A stretch of 64,000 nucleotides of DNA, from NCBI RefSeq assembly GCF_006345805.1, contig NC_042998.1:62930001-62994000 (forward strand), read 5' to 3'. The translations under genes and the position numbers were made by a program. Shown one piece after another: positions 25,127 to 38,816 of the stretch. The DNA comes from Octopus sinensis (lineage: Eukaryota). The notes beneath the pieces were generated by a model that worked only from the letters and a program-made list of their open reading frames with translations, had not been told where the DNA came from and did not search any database. The first letter of the stretch is position 1. The number at the start of each line of letters is the position of its first letter.

Positions 25127-25404
25127 CATACACACACACACATATATATATATATTTTAATATATATATATACATGTGCTTACTTGTGAGATTAACGTGC
25201 AAGTGGCTGAGCACTCCACAGGCACGTGTACCCTTAACATAGTTCTCAGGGAGATTCAGCATGACACGGAGTGTTAGGAGCCTGAGTGAACTGGAGCAAT
25301 GTGAAAAATAATGTGTCTTGATCAAGGACACAACACGTTGCCGGCGATTGAACTCACGACTTTACGATCGTCAGCCGAATGCCCTAGCCACTAAGATACA
25401 CACC

Positions 25405-25457
<53 letters not shown>

Positions 25458-25617
25458 ATACATGCATACGCGGACGGCAGACTTCGTTCAGTTTCAGTCA
25501 ACCAAATCTACTCATAACACAAGACAATTGCCCAGGTGCCACCTGGTGGAATTGAACCGAAATCCACATGGCTGCAAAGCAAGCTTCTCAAACACAGCCA
25601 TACCAGCGCCATCTATG
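24812..25617 (-). mobile_element. SINE family A split by a nested CORE-type SINE
   Basis: Tail at 24812-25000 and head at 25470-25617, with a second SINE and microsatellites in between. Confidence 0.65.
25185..25410 (-). mobile_element. SINE family C-related (CORE-like)
   Basis: Reverse complement has a tcttagtggctagg head, gagttcaatcgcc B-box-like motif, ttgatcaagacacatt...acattgctccagttcactcag. Confidence 0.65.
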
Positions 25618-25787
25618 AAATTATTTTATTTAACAGCATCAATTTAATGTGAGTCTTGGACGATAAGCAAAGTCTTGGAGAAGAGTCTCAAAGCTGCAGA
25701 AAGGTGGGTTTATAGAAAAATGCTTAGAATCTAGAGGGTGACGAATGTGGAAGTGTGGAAGAAGATGAAAGTTGATGGATACTATCA

Positions 25788-25856
<69 letters not shown>

Positions 25857-25930
25857 GAGAGTGAGAGGAGGGAAAGAATTTAATGAAAATTAGCATAATA
25901 AGAAATGAAACTCATTTGATTTAGATCTCA

Positions 25931-26123
25931 AATAGGATCTTTTCTACTCTAGGCACAAGGCATGTAATAGGATCTTTTCTACTCTAGGAACAAGGCACGA
26001 AATTTTGGGGTAGTGGGCCAGTCGATTAGAGCGACCCCAATACGCAACTGGTACTTAATTTATCGACCATGAAATGATGAAAGGCAAAGTCGACCTCAGC
26101 GGAATTTAAACTCTGAACGTAAA
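25931..26123 (-). mobile_element. SINE family B with duplicated 3' tail
   Basis: aaggcaaagtcgacctcagcggaattt; the tail aataggatcttttctactctagg is present twice. Confidence 0.75.
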
Positions 26124-26399
26124 GCGATCTACTTGTTTCTGATACATATGTGTGTTTAGTCTAGATGTCTATGGCGCTGAAAAATCCCATAAACAAAACA
26201 ACACTTTTCAATTTATAATCTCTTAAACCAGCGACCATAGAATTGCTAAACGAATCGATAGCATAACGAAGAAAAATTTACTATAACACAATGTGGAAAA
26301 CTTACAAGAAATCTTGTTTCCGTTGCTGTTTGTAACTGTGTTTTATGGATAAGTTGAATCTATTTTGTACGAGAGTTTGTTGGTAAATTATTAAATATA

Positions 26400-26634
26400 C
26401 AGTGTGTTCAAAAATCTCTCCCCAGTGTATTTTTTTCATCCTGTTTTTCATCAGAACATGTGTAGAAGAGTCAACTTATGTATTGAAAATGAAGGATGAC
26501 ACTTTCAACCCCTCTTATAATTATTTTTTAAAGTCTTGTAAAGTCTAATATATTCTTTTGTAGTCTTATACCATCTTATAAATGTTTATTTTGCAATAAA
26601 ATAGTTACTGTGGAGAGACTTTTTGAACACCCTG
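26400..26634. mobile_element. Tc1/mariner MITE with TA TSD
   Basis: TA|cagtgtgttcaaaaatctctccccagt ... actgtggagagactttttgaacaccctg|TA. Confidence 0.8.
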
Positions 26635-26712
26635 TATTGAAGATCGAAGTGTTGTTATACGGTACATATAAAATGTACAAAACACACACAAATACACACA
26701 CACACACACACA

Positions 26713-26746
<34 letters not shown>

Positions 26747-26769
26747 AACACACGTATATAAAAAATAAA

Positions 26770-27002
26770 TGTGCCCTTTTTTAAAGCCTAGCCAGGATGA
26801 TGGGCCCGATTTCCATGGCGTATGTGTTCCCCACCTGCCAGTCCATCGCAGCGTTGCTCATTTTTGCCAGCTGAGTGGACAGGAGCAGCGTGAAATAATG
26901 TGTTTTGCTCAAGAATACAACGCGTCACCCGGTCCAGGAATCGAAACCACAATCTTAAGATCATAATGCTGACACCTTAACCACTAAGCCACGCGCCTTC
27001 AC
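26770..27002 (-). mobile_element. SINE family C
   Basis: Reverse complement of the 14602-14852 family. Confidence 0.75.
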
Positions 27003-27694
27003 CAAATGCACTCATATATACAAACATATGATTACATGTATAAATGTGTGTATGTAAGAGACACTGATATATACTAGGCATCAGGAAGTATTGCCTTATG
27101 GCATTATAGAAAGAGAATAAGAAGTCTTAGCCATGCAGAAAATATTGTATAATTTACTATTTTGAATATTTTAAAGCCCAAGTAATAAAACAAACTGTTC
27201 ATGTCAGAACTTAGGGTAGGAAATCTCTGATCGAACTCTGGTGATCGCGTCCTCCAGCATTCATTTCAAGAGCAAGACAGCTGGCCAAATTTTTAAAAAG
27301 ATTCAATAGTTTTGTTTACAGCGACGGTTATATTTCAATTGAACAAATGTTTAATAATTACCTTGAAACATGGGTTACAAGTGAAATGCATAATGAAAGT
27401 ATGATATGAAACAATTAGCCGCATTGTCTTATAGAAAGAGGGGGAAGTAAATAAAACAGTTTGACTGGTTTAGATAGCTTTGTTTTCGACATGAAAATAC
27501 CTTTTCCAAAAGTCTTTAGTCTCTGTTCGTATTACATTGATAAACAATGGTTCTAGATGACTCACATATTTCAATTACGTATTTCATATACATGAAACTG
27601 CTTTTTTTCAGATAATTATTAACAATTTGTTTTATTCAACTACTAATATATTTAACAGTGTGTGTGTGTGTGTGTGTATTATACATACATACAG

Positions 27695-27732
<38 letters not shown>

Positions 27733-28904
27733 GTACATACATACATGTGTACATATATCTATATACATACACGTAATGAGTACTGTATACATACAGGAAC
27801 TCACTAATATATACATTTATGCACACACATACACATATATTTAATGGCAGTGTATATAAACTCTATGTGGTACATAACTTTACCTCATACATACGGATAT
27901 ACATTTACACACAAATAGACAAACACACACATCTATTACATTACGTGTATCCATTTATGTATGTATATATATGCCATGTATGCATACACTCCCAGGTACA
28001 CACTTACATAAATATACATCAGTCTACTTGCGTTTCTGAGGAAATGGAAACTAGTAATTTAGTTGTTTTTCAATTTGTCTACATAGTTGCAAAAATTTCC
28101 CAGTGGATTCATTATCTTAATTATTTCGTCTGTGGAGTTTCACTTTGAAGTTAAAACAATATTAATATCAACTGGGACATTATTTGTTTTTAATCTTTAC
28201 GAAACGAAAAGCAGCAGCTGTTGGGTTACTTACCGAGATAGTGAAGATATTCTTTGTAATTGTGACTTCACTAAACACAAACAAAAATCACAAAATCATT
28301 AAATGACCGTACCAAAATTACAAATCACAAAACGCTTTGGTCCGGATATTCTTAGTAAATGTTTTGTTTGCAATTATAGAGCAGTGAACCATTCTGTGTG
28401 GAAGTATGAAATACGTCACATGCGAGTGTGTGAAGAGAAACCAATCATTATTGGGTGTCGTTAAGTAATTTAAAGGCATTGGTAATGTATCTGAAATTGT
28501 GGAGATGTGAATAAAACGTTTTGGAGCATGTAATTCTCGCTCGTTATATTCTCAATTCACATTATTTCCCCAGAAAGTTTATTAATATCTTTTTTTTAAT
28601 CGTAGACAATGCTTTAAACATTAAATAATTTTTCAGATATTAAACTTATTAAAATTACCTTCTCATTAACTCCTGTTGGATTTGTGCGACTCCCGGATTG
28701 GCATTCACGAGAGGAAAAGGAATGATAGCATCGGTGTCAATTCAAATCTAATCACTATTCCTGTAAAAAATCCCCATGACACCTCATTCGTCCAGATACG
28801 ACCAACACTTCTCTAGAGCTCAGCCTCCGAGGATTTCTTCTGGCTAAGTCACCTCACTAGTATTGCTACGATCGTACCACAATAAATCAGTAACAAGCTC
28901 GTCT

Positions 28905-29008
28905 TTTTTTTTCTTTCTTCCTTCCTTTCTCTCTTTCTTTCTCTTTCTTTCTATCTTTCTCTTTCCTTCTCTCTCTCTTTCTCTATCTCTCTTTATTTTT
29001 TCCTTCCT

Positions 29009-29077
<69 letters not shown>

Positions 29078-29155
29078 AACTCTTTCTCTCTTTCTCTCCT
29101 CTCATTCTCTCTCTTTTTGTCTTTCTTTCTTTCCCTCTTCATTTCTCCCTTTCTC

Positions 29156-29225
<70 letters not shown>

Positions 29226-29405
29226 TTCCTTCCTTCCTTTTTTCTTTCTTTCTTTCTTTCTTCTTTTTTTCCTTCTCTCTTTCTTTCTTTCTTTCTTTCT
29301 TTATTTATTTCTCTCTTCCTTTCTCTTTTTCTTTATCTCTTCCTTTCCTTCTTTTTTCTTCCCTTCCTTCCTTTCTTTCTTTCTTTCTTTCTTCCATTCT
29401 TTCTT
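28905..29405. repeat. (TTTC/TC)n polypyrimidine tract
   Basis: About 500 bp almost entirely C/T on the + strand. Confidence 0.95.
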
Positions 29406-29429
29406 TCTAGAATATATTTCAGCTAGTGA

Positions 29430-29880
29430 ACAGCTACTGAAGATCTACACGGTTCAGATAAGGCCCTCAATCGAGTGTTGCTTCTACATCTAAGACTCAT
29501 TGACATTCTTGACCATAAGCGTTGCATTTATATTCTTCCAGCATGTCTTAGACAACGTAAAGTATCTTCAGATTGATTTCTTGACCATACGATTACCGAG
29601 GGCTAAATTCATTCATTGTCTTCTCACAGTTTAATTCCCATGAAAATATTTGGTGTATTCTGGAATCTCCATCGGCTTGTGGAACATTAGAGATATCAGC
29701 AACAAACGGAAAGAATAATAACAATGTGAGACACATAGGAGTTTTAAAAAGTAATTTAATGGAATAAGAAACAAAGAAGGGGGTTCCCAACGTTTCGGAT
29801 AATGATACTTTGCCAACGAAAAGCAGCGAGGAAAACAAATGGCTGGAAATTCTGTGGAAGCAGTAAGCTGCAAATCTAAT
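29430..29880 (+). mobile_element. Highly decayed LINE remnants (RT C-terminal-like and APE N-terminal-like)
   Basis: LLKIYTVQIRPSIEC resembles LL.LYKAQIRP.LEY; ISIGLWNIRDISNKRKE resembles the APE start; many stops. Confidence 0.3.
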
Positions 29881-30142
29881 CTCTCTTTCACCGACTTACT
29901 CACTGATATAACTTTTCACTGACATACACTCATATATACAATATCGTACGTATACAGAAATGAATATTAGCACACAAAATCACTATTTGAATTTACAGAT
30001 ATAATTTTGGATGGAATTAGAATCTATGTAGAAAGTATGTTCTTACACAGCATCAATTGTATTTTTAACAAGTTCTATGTTAACCGATTTTAAAAACTGT
30101 TGGCAATTTACAGCCATTTTGTGTGTGTATGTGTGTGTGTGT

Positions 30143-30183
<41 letters not shown>

Positions 30184-31289
30184 TGCAGGTATTAGCTAAG
30201 AGAATGTTATTTCTTTTTTATATTTTTCCTGACTTAAATATGATTGTTTATAACAAGTTTGTCGGAAATAGATGTATTTTTTGTGTAGCGAAGCTGGCTA
30301 TTTGGTAATAAATATAGTTTTAGATATTCTTAAGTATGTTTTTTATTCTCCAAATATTGAAATCGTAAAATAATAAGAAAATGTTGAAAATGAAAATTGA
30401 GAAAAAAAAAAAAGGAAAGAGAAATAAGCTTGTAGGAAAGGAAGAAATAAAGAAAGAATTGAAGTCATTCATTTCGATTAGCATTAAAGGAATTCTTTGA
30501 TTTTTCATTCGTTACAAACACCGACTAAAAGTAGAAAATTGTGACGGGAAAAATTACATTTCGAATACAGAAAACATTATTATCAGACAGAAGCAAACCA
30601 ACGGAGGCGTTACAGGCCTACAAAGGAGTCTGCGTACATATATTTGACTTGTTAAAACAAGCAGTCAAATCTCCCTCAGATCTCAACCTTCTCTCTTATA
30701 AGCGGCAGACACATTACATATTATGTAACATGGTATGAAGGCATACTGCTAGGGATAGAAAAAAAAACAAACCCGAGAAAATACAGGAAGTTATATTTTC
30801 AATCATAAGTTTGTTCAGTAATGTTTGAATTGGTACTAAACATCAGATTTGGGATAATGATGGGTTTTCCGTCGAACTCGACGATGGATGTTTATGTTTT
30901 CGACCCCTACACGATATTGAACAGTCGTGTTTTTGTATTTAACAGATAGGTATACCTCGAACTCAGTTCTGAGACCAATTTAGATGGATATAATGTGACA
31001 ATGCTGGGCCTTTGAGTTCCAAATAAAGAACGAGAAATAATCGAACCTATTAGATGACTGGTAGTTTTTTTACTCCAAACGGATGAAAAGCAAGGCTAGC
31101 ATCGGTGAAATCTGAACTCAGCACATTGAGTGTTAAAGAGAATAACACACGATAGTCTATCCAAAGATTCTAATGGTTCTTCAAATTCATTGCATTATCA
31201 GGTATGAGTTCTAAACCCTGATGTATACGCGTATGGAAGATGGGTAGAGAACAACTGACACAAACGCAGCAGCAGGTATTCAATAGAGA

Positions 31290-31560
31290 AGACGTGGACG
31301 GAAGAGCAAGGCAGATAATTTGGGTGGGTCTTGGAATGGATGAGCTTGAAGTCTTCGAGGAGCTTGAAGCAGAACGAAGGTTGATGCCGATGATCTTACA
31401 TCGAAAAATGCGGCATTTTGTTTGCATTATTAGGGGTCTAGAACTAATGTTATTACATCGTTGGAGGTTGAAAGGTTGTGAAATAGATTCGCGGGTAAAA
31501 TAACGAAGATGGGACAATAATATTAAAAACAGCCCGGTGTGGAGCCTGGTGAAGTGTATT
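31290..31560 (+). mobile_element. RTE LINE 3' fragment
   Basis: RQIIWVG...EVFEELEAERRLMPMILHRKMRHFVCIIRGLE followed by an RWDNNIK-like segment, resembling the RTE C-terminus. Confidence 0.55.
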
Positions 31561-32726
31561 GCAACGAGTGGAGGCTGTATCTGGGATTTCCATCCCTCAA
31601 ACATAAGCACAGTCATACCATCACATTCATCTTTCATCCAATATTAATTTATAATTTTGTGATAAGTTCACAATAATAATAGAATTGAATCTATGTCCAT
31701 ATCTGGAGTGCAGCATTCCAATACAAGAGGGATTATTAGTGTATTGGTGCAGGTATGTTCGTATGATTAAGAAGTTCTCTTGTCAATCACGTGATTCAGT
31801 CTCTCTGTGCCGCATCTAGAATAAGTGTCTTCTATCAAGTGTGGATGAAATTAGATCGACAGAATGGAATTCTAAAACTGTTGTAAATATAGTATCCGAC
31901 CTCGGGTGAAAGACATAAGTCGTTGATCAGTGTAACAATATTACCTAGAACTTGCTTACTTTTTGCAGAATCAGTTCCGCTCGAAACATTTAGCCAAGTC
32001 TTCTGGAATTAGGATAACACAAAAGTTGTGATTTATTCCTAAGATTTTAGATCATCCATCTCGGAGGCTGTATAAAAAAGTCATGATTGCTGCCTTTCCA
32101 TTTCTGCCTAAGCCGTAAAATAAGTCGTAGATAACTTTGAAAATGGAAGTGCGAAATTAATTAACGGAATTCTCGAATATCTTTCATCATGATGATACTC
32201 TCTTGGAGTAGTTCTTCTCCTATTACTTTGAGTCAGATTAATTGTAAAAATCTAGATTTATTACAACATATTCCTAACTGGGATTGCATCAATTAAATTT
32301 CACACTGTTTCTCTCTGGATTAGGAAAGATGTGCTCGTCAAAATTACACCTTCGCTTTCAACTGTTTCTCGATCAGATATATTTTAATTTCGTTTGGATG
32401 CCTTCAACATATCAAAATCAGGTAGATAATATATCGACAAAAATGTGAGTTCTAAAAGAGTCAGAAAATGGTTGAAAAATATCCCATCTTTGGAACAACA
32501 AAAACAAGAGAACTATTAAAGTCTTTCTTTTTTGGTACGTGGTACTTCGTTATGGAAACAATAGACAATAAGGTATACTCAATGTTTTCATAAGTCAGTA
32601 CCACGTTCTATTGAATCAGTAGTGCTCTTAGATTATTTTGTTAAGGTCTTGTCTATAGATTTCTTCGATCACATTGTCTGTTTACATCTGACGTCTCGAT
32701 ACAAAACGTTGCAGCAAAAATCAGAG

Positions 32727-32826
32727 NNNNNNNNNNNNNNNNNNNNNNNNNNNNNNNNNNNNNNNNNNNNNNNNNNNNNNNNNNNNNNNNNNNNNNNNNN
32801 NNNNNNNNNNNNNNNNNNNNNNNNNN
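32727..32826. other. Assembly gap (100 N)
   Basis: Run of N. Confidence 1.
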
Positions 32827-33344
32827 ACTATAATATATATATATATACGGTGAGATTCCGCACGATTTCTGTCTACCAAATTACTTCAGATCGTATACGT
32901 CTGTCAGGGGCTAGATTTGGAAATACCTCCTCGAGATGCTAAACAGTGAAACTGTTACAGAAGTTACGCGGTTGCGAATCAAAGTTCTTATGCCTATGTT
33001 TAAAATTATACACCACAAACTACAAAACTAATGACTAAGAGTTGCCTTAATTTAGTTAGATTGACATGCGCGCGGTAAATGCAACTAGAATATAACATTG
33101 CTGTAACAACTGTTGCGAATAACTGGAACAGTTGGGGAAAACTTATTTGTCTGTCTATTATGTAAGTAGAGTTTAAGACTATTTCTTATATTAAAGAGTG
33201 CCGATACATTCAATCAAATTTTCTCACTCCATGTCTTTTACCGATTCTATCTGCTAGAAAGCCCTTCTGCTTTTTGTCCCTTTCATTCTCTTTTTCATTC
33301 TTTTTTCATTTGTCCATTTAATCTTATTTACCCCTTATCTCTCT

Positions 33345-34892
33345 CTCTCTCTCTCTCTCTCCCCTATCTCCCCTATTTCCACCAGTGTGTCCCCTACGTA
33401 TCTACTTGGCCTTCTTCCTGCCTCAGCTTATTACCACTTGCATCATCTTGGCCGTAAATCTCACTTTCACTCCAGTTAGACATAAAAGTGAGCTATTCCG
33501 TTTCCCGTTATTGCTTAAGAATATCGTTCCATCATCCACCGTGTTTTTCCTTCTGCGTCCTGTTTGTGTACTGGTGCTTTCGCTATTTTCTCTATTTATA
33601 TTTTCATCGTAATTGATTAATATTTTATTTTTATCGAGAAAATAACGTTTTTTTAAATATCAGCTTAAGCAGGCCTACATATTTGTTTTGTTCTTATTTC
33701 TGTTCAACCACTATTATATCCTACATCATTTCCATATGCTTGCATTGTTTTCGTCCCAGTCTCTATGACTCCACGATATGCTTTCCTGTTATGGTGACAT
33801 GTCTTCACTATATCAGTTGCCTAACAGCTGTATCAAATTGTTCGAGAAGGCTAGGAAGAGTTCTATCACAGCCGAAACTGATAGAATACTTAAACAGGAA
33901 AGCTGATGAAGGGCAAATTTTGGTGCTTTTCGTTTGCTCTGTTCCTTAAAATTTTCACAGTTTGTATCTGCTCCTTCCAGACACAAACACGCATAAATGT
34001 GGAGTGAGGATTTACATGTATGTATGTATGTATGTATGTATGTATGTATGTATGTATGTATGTATGTATGTATGTATGTTGTATCTACCTATCTTTTTAT
34101 CTATCTATACATTCTTATTTCTCTCCTCTCTCTCCCCTATCTCCCCTATTTCCACAGTGTTGTCCCCTACGTATCTACTTGGCCTTCTTCCTGCCTCAGC
34201 TTATTACCACTTGCATCATCTTTGGCCGTAAATCTCACTTTCACTCCAGTTAGACAAATAAAGTGAGCTATTCCGTTTTCCCGTTATTTGCTTAAGAATA
34301 TCGTTCCATCATCCACCGTGTTTTTCCTTCTGCGTCCTGTTTGTCGTACTGGTGCTTTCGCTATTTTCTCTATTTATATTTTCATCGTAATTGATTAATA
34401 TTTTATTTTTATCGAGAAAATAACGTTTTATTAAATATCAGCTTAAGCAGGCCTACATATTTGTTTTGTTCTTATTTCTGTTCAACCACTAGTTATATCC
34501 ATACATCATTTCCATATGCTTGCATTGTTTTCGTCCCAGTCTCTATGACTCCACGATATGCTTTCCTGTTATGGTGACATGTCTTCACTATATCAGTTGC
34601 CTAACAGCTGTATCAAATTGTTCGAGAAGGCTAGGAAGAGTTCTATCACAGCCGAAACTGATAGAATACTTAAACAGGAAAGCTGATGAAGGGCAAATTT
34701 TGGTGCTTTTCGTTTGCTCTGTTCCTTAAAATTTTCACAGTTTGTATCTGCTCTTCCAGACACAAACACGCATAAATGTGAGTGAGGATTACATGTATGT
34801 ATGTATGTATGTATGTATGTATGTATGTATGTATGTATGTATGTAGGTATGTATGTATCTACTATCTTTTTATCTATCTATACATATCTATT

Positions 34893-34915
<23 letters not shown>
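33345..34915 (+). repeat. ~775-bp near-identical tandem duplication
   Basis: 33361 and 34134 begin the same sequence, and the copies differ mostly by 1-bp indels. Confidence 0.9.
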
Positions 34916-34955
<40 letters not shown>

Positions 34956-35682
34956 GTGTGTGGTGTGTGTGGTGTGGTGTGATTTTGAATGTGCATGCCT
35001 ATCTAGCCCCCTAAACATTTATATGCATAGAGTATATATATTTTTTGTTTACTAAAAATATACAAATTCATTGTATTCAAGTTAAATGATCAAAATTGTA
35101 TTCCTGTTTCACGAAACTTGCCTACCATTTTGGCATTAAGTGTTGGGAAACATTGTGATAAAAATTAATTATCAAGTCATGATAAAGCAAGTGTCGAAAT
35201 CACAGTTGGCAAACGTTTTTCTATGCATGTCGTTCGGTATGGCACCTCTTAATGCATATTATGATATGGCAAACTAAATGAAGCAGTACGGAATTTACAC
35301 GTACATACACACACTCACATACGCACACACAAATACACAAATACACACACTGAGAAACACACACATAAACACACACACAAACACGTAAAGTTTTGTTCTA
35401 TCTGCTGTTAAAAAAACACACACACCTATCTCCCTCCCTCTCTCTTGTTTCTATAACCTTCGTACGTATTTCTAAAGTGATGTTTAACCTCATTGATGTT
35501 CTTTGACTTTTTTCCCCTCCCTTCAGTTCCTTTAATTATTTTAAAAGTTGAGTCACGTATATAAAACTGTTTCGCAGTTTCCGTGAACCCTTTGCATTTT
35601 GAAGAAATAAATATTCAGCTTCTTACAAATCAGCTTCGTTGACATTTGAAAACCTATTATTTAATCACGAAAATAATATTTC

Positions 35683-35724
<42 letters not shown>

Positions 35725-35733
35725 CGTGTGGTG

Positions 35734-35772
<39 letters not shown>

Positions 35773-36097
35773 ATATATGTATGTATATTATTCGAAAGTA
35801 GGTGTTGGTGCAGAGTGTTTTCTACATCACTATTAAAGAAGTGAAATAGCAATAAAATGAAGGAAACTCAAAGAAAAGAAATAACTCAACAGAAACCGTG
35901 TTCTTTCTGTATGAGTGAATTTATGAAGACAAAAAAAATGGACGCAAGCAATCCTAAACCATGCCTAAGTGAAAATATTTAAACTCCATAGCGTGCAAAG
36001 CTGAGGAAGAACTGTACACACATATATAAGTCTATTTATGAATATACATGCATACATACATAAATACATAAATTTATGTATATATATGTATGTGTGT

Positions 36098-36184
<87 letters not shown>

Positions 36185-36345
36185 ACGGGAAGCTTTATGA
36201 AAATAAACAAAAGACGAAGGCAGGTGGAAAACAAACGAACAATTGTATTAATATGGCGCTCAGGAAATATAAATAAAACAAGTCTTTAACGTTTCGAGCC
36301 TACGCTCTTCAACAGAAAGATACACAGAGAGAGGAAAACACAGAA
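36185..36345 (-). mobile_element. Penelope-like non-coding repeat with variant hammerhead-like motif (36283-36320)
   Basis: Minus strand TCTTT CTGTTGA A GAGC gtag GCTC GAAAC GTT AAAGA; homolog of 9300-9440. Confidence 0.6.
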
Positions 36346-37136
36346 AGAAGGAGAGAAAAAAAATGCGTGCAGTAGCTAACGAATCAACATGGCGATATAT
36401 ATATATATATATATAATATATATATATAAACACGCACATTTGCGCGCGATGTGTGCGAGCGCTTGCGTTAATGTGTAGTAAATGTGTACACATTTTTCAA
36501 CATTTCACATTTTCGAATGATTATCAAATTCAATGAACACTTTCGATGTAGATATTTTTTGAAGCATCGATTATGGCTTCAAATTCCACCGATAACTGTT
36601 TCCTCGTTTTTGTTGTTATTTGCCTTTATATTGCATCATAGCAACATACAGCTCCAGAGTTTGAAAAGCTTTTTTTTTTTTATCTATCTAGCTGTGAGAT
36701 AAAACTCGATAATACCTGAGTTCGGTAAGAAATCTTTCTTTTGTTAAGTTTCTAAGCGGCAAGCTAATTCCATCTTACTGATATAAATTCAATTTTAATT
36801 TGAGAAATGTTTTCACAAGAAATATGTAGTCTAGTTTGATAAGGATATGTCTCATTTATGTGGTTCCAACATAGCTTTGAATTAATGGAACTAATCTTCT
36901 GGAAATGCAATTTATACAGTTGTAGCATAATCTTTAATGCTTCTCTTATATAATAAATACTATTTTGTTTCAAGATTGGAAATTTGAATATTTATAAGCA
37001 GGTGTTGATAAACGTGTAATACAAATCTCTACAGATAAAACCAAATGCACTCCGTATGCATATAAACATGCATACATGCCTGAATACATACACACACACA
37101 TACATACATACACACATACACACATACATACATACA

Positions 37137-37206
<70 letters not shown>

Positions 37207-37875
37207 CAGGCTACAATAGGAAAATTGTCGTCATATTATAATCTTAATTTCGTGCATGCTCATTGTTTGTTTTTGATTTTGGTGAATACATAACATTCTA
37301 GGGGTAGTTGGGCACTGTCTGTGAGAAAAAAAGCAACATCACGCAATTCACTCTGCCAGAAATTTGGAGACGTCATGCTGTACTGCTTGCCAGTCGCGCC
37401 GGAAACTCAAAGCTTTTGAGTGTCAATCTGATGACAGTGCAGAGGATTCGGAAAGAGTCGGATGAGTCTAATGGTGACTAGAAAGGTACGGTAGCTCGGA
37501 AAACTCACTCTGATCGTTCTGATATGAAAAGAAGTTCTGAATTTGTTGGTGAGGTTCAGGCCATTTTTGGTAACGAACCCTCTAAGTCCATCAGCTCCAT
37601 CACCAGGGACATTGGAGTGTCTTAGTCTCTTATCAGGCAGCTAATGTATGAAGACATTGGGTATTCCTCATACGAGAAGACAAAGGGCCAATTTTTATCC
37701 CATGCCATCGAGGACAAGAGGAAAGACCGCGCTACGAAACTTTGGAACAAATTCAAGCATCCCCACCAACCGAACATGCTTTGGATTTTACCTAGACGAG
37801 AAACAATTCTGCCAGGCTCAGATGGTGAACACACACAGCAACTGTTAGCTTGCCGTGTCCCCAAAAACATGTACC
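37207..37875 (+). mobile_element. Decayed mariner-like (maT/DD37D-like) transposon, 5' portion
   Basis: TA|cagg start; EFVGEVQAIF..PSKSISSITRDIGVS*SLIRQLMYEDIGY...KRKDRATKLWNK...(fs)DEKQFCQ includes the HTH region and first catalytic Asp. Confidence 0.65.
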
Positions 37876-38776
37876 GAGTATTTCTAGTTTATCGCAGTCT
37901 CATCTTAAGTATGTCTAGTAGTTTGGCTTCTATACTACCCGCTTGATTAGTAACTGTCTCAGGTCTATACAGACGTTCGTGCCAGAATTTGACCTGTAGA
38001 GTGTTAGACTTGTAATTTATCGGATTTATGACGTATGAATGCTGCATATTAAATGCAGTATCGTAGTTTTGTTATTGGTCCCATAATCGCCAGATTCACT
38101 GGGGAATTCTATGAAAGTATGAAGCTATTTTCTGCAAATATTTTCCTTTTCTGTATGTGCATTGGCGACTGTGTGAGTAGGTGAGAGAAAGAGACAGAGA
38201 TAGAGACGATGATATACACAAACAATCACATCCGTGCACAGTGAGGATACAAAATAAAATTGAGATAGCATTTTGATATTTTAAACCATTAGGGAGAAAA
38301 GGAAAGAAAAACTGGTTGTGTGAAGGAAAGTGATAATATTAAGTATGCTGTATCTTTGGATGTGTGTTAAAGGCTCTTCAAATCGAAGTTACGAGCTAGG
38401 TCTCTACAGCTTATCAAAGGGGTTTTATTTTCACGTCGTATGCTGATGCGTTACCAGGCAAATAGCCATTGTTAGAGCATTTACAAAATAACGATAAAAT
38501 AATATGAATTCAATTCGGTGGTAATCCGGAAGTCCTGCGTGTACAACAGCTAATCTTCCGTCTTAAAACAGCCCATCCATCTGGGATTAATAATCACCTT
38601 GTTCCCTTTTAACATCATTGCCTTATACAAACATTTTCCCTAAGCACACTCACACACACACACACACACGCACACTCACATACACTCGTACACGCGCACA
38701 CTCACACATGCGCTGCTCACACACACAAAGATAGAATGTTTGCTCTCACATTTTATCAGTCTTCATCAAATTACAC

Positions 38777-38816
<40 letters not shown>

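Noticed and set aside
33840-33935. Hammerhead-like strings (aggct...agccgaaac; ctgatgaagggc) in the duplicated unit
   Set aside because: The core and GAAA halves do not occur in one correctly ordered fold, and there is no NUH or stem I.
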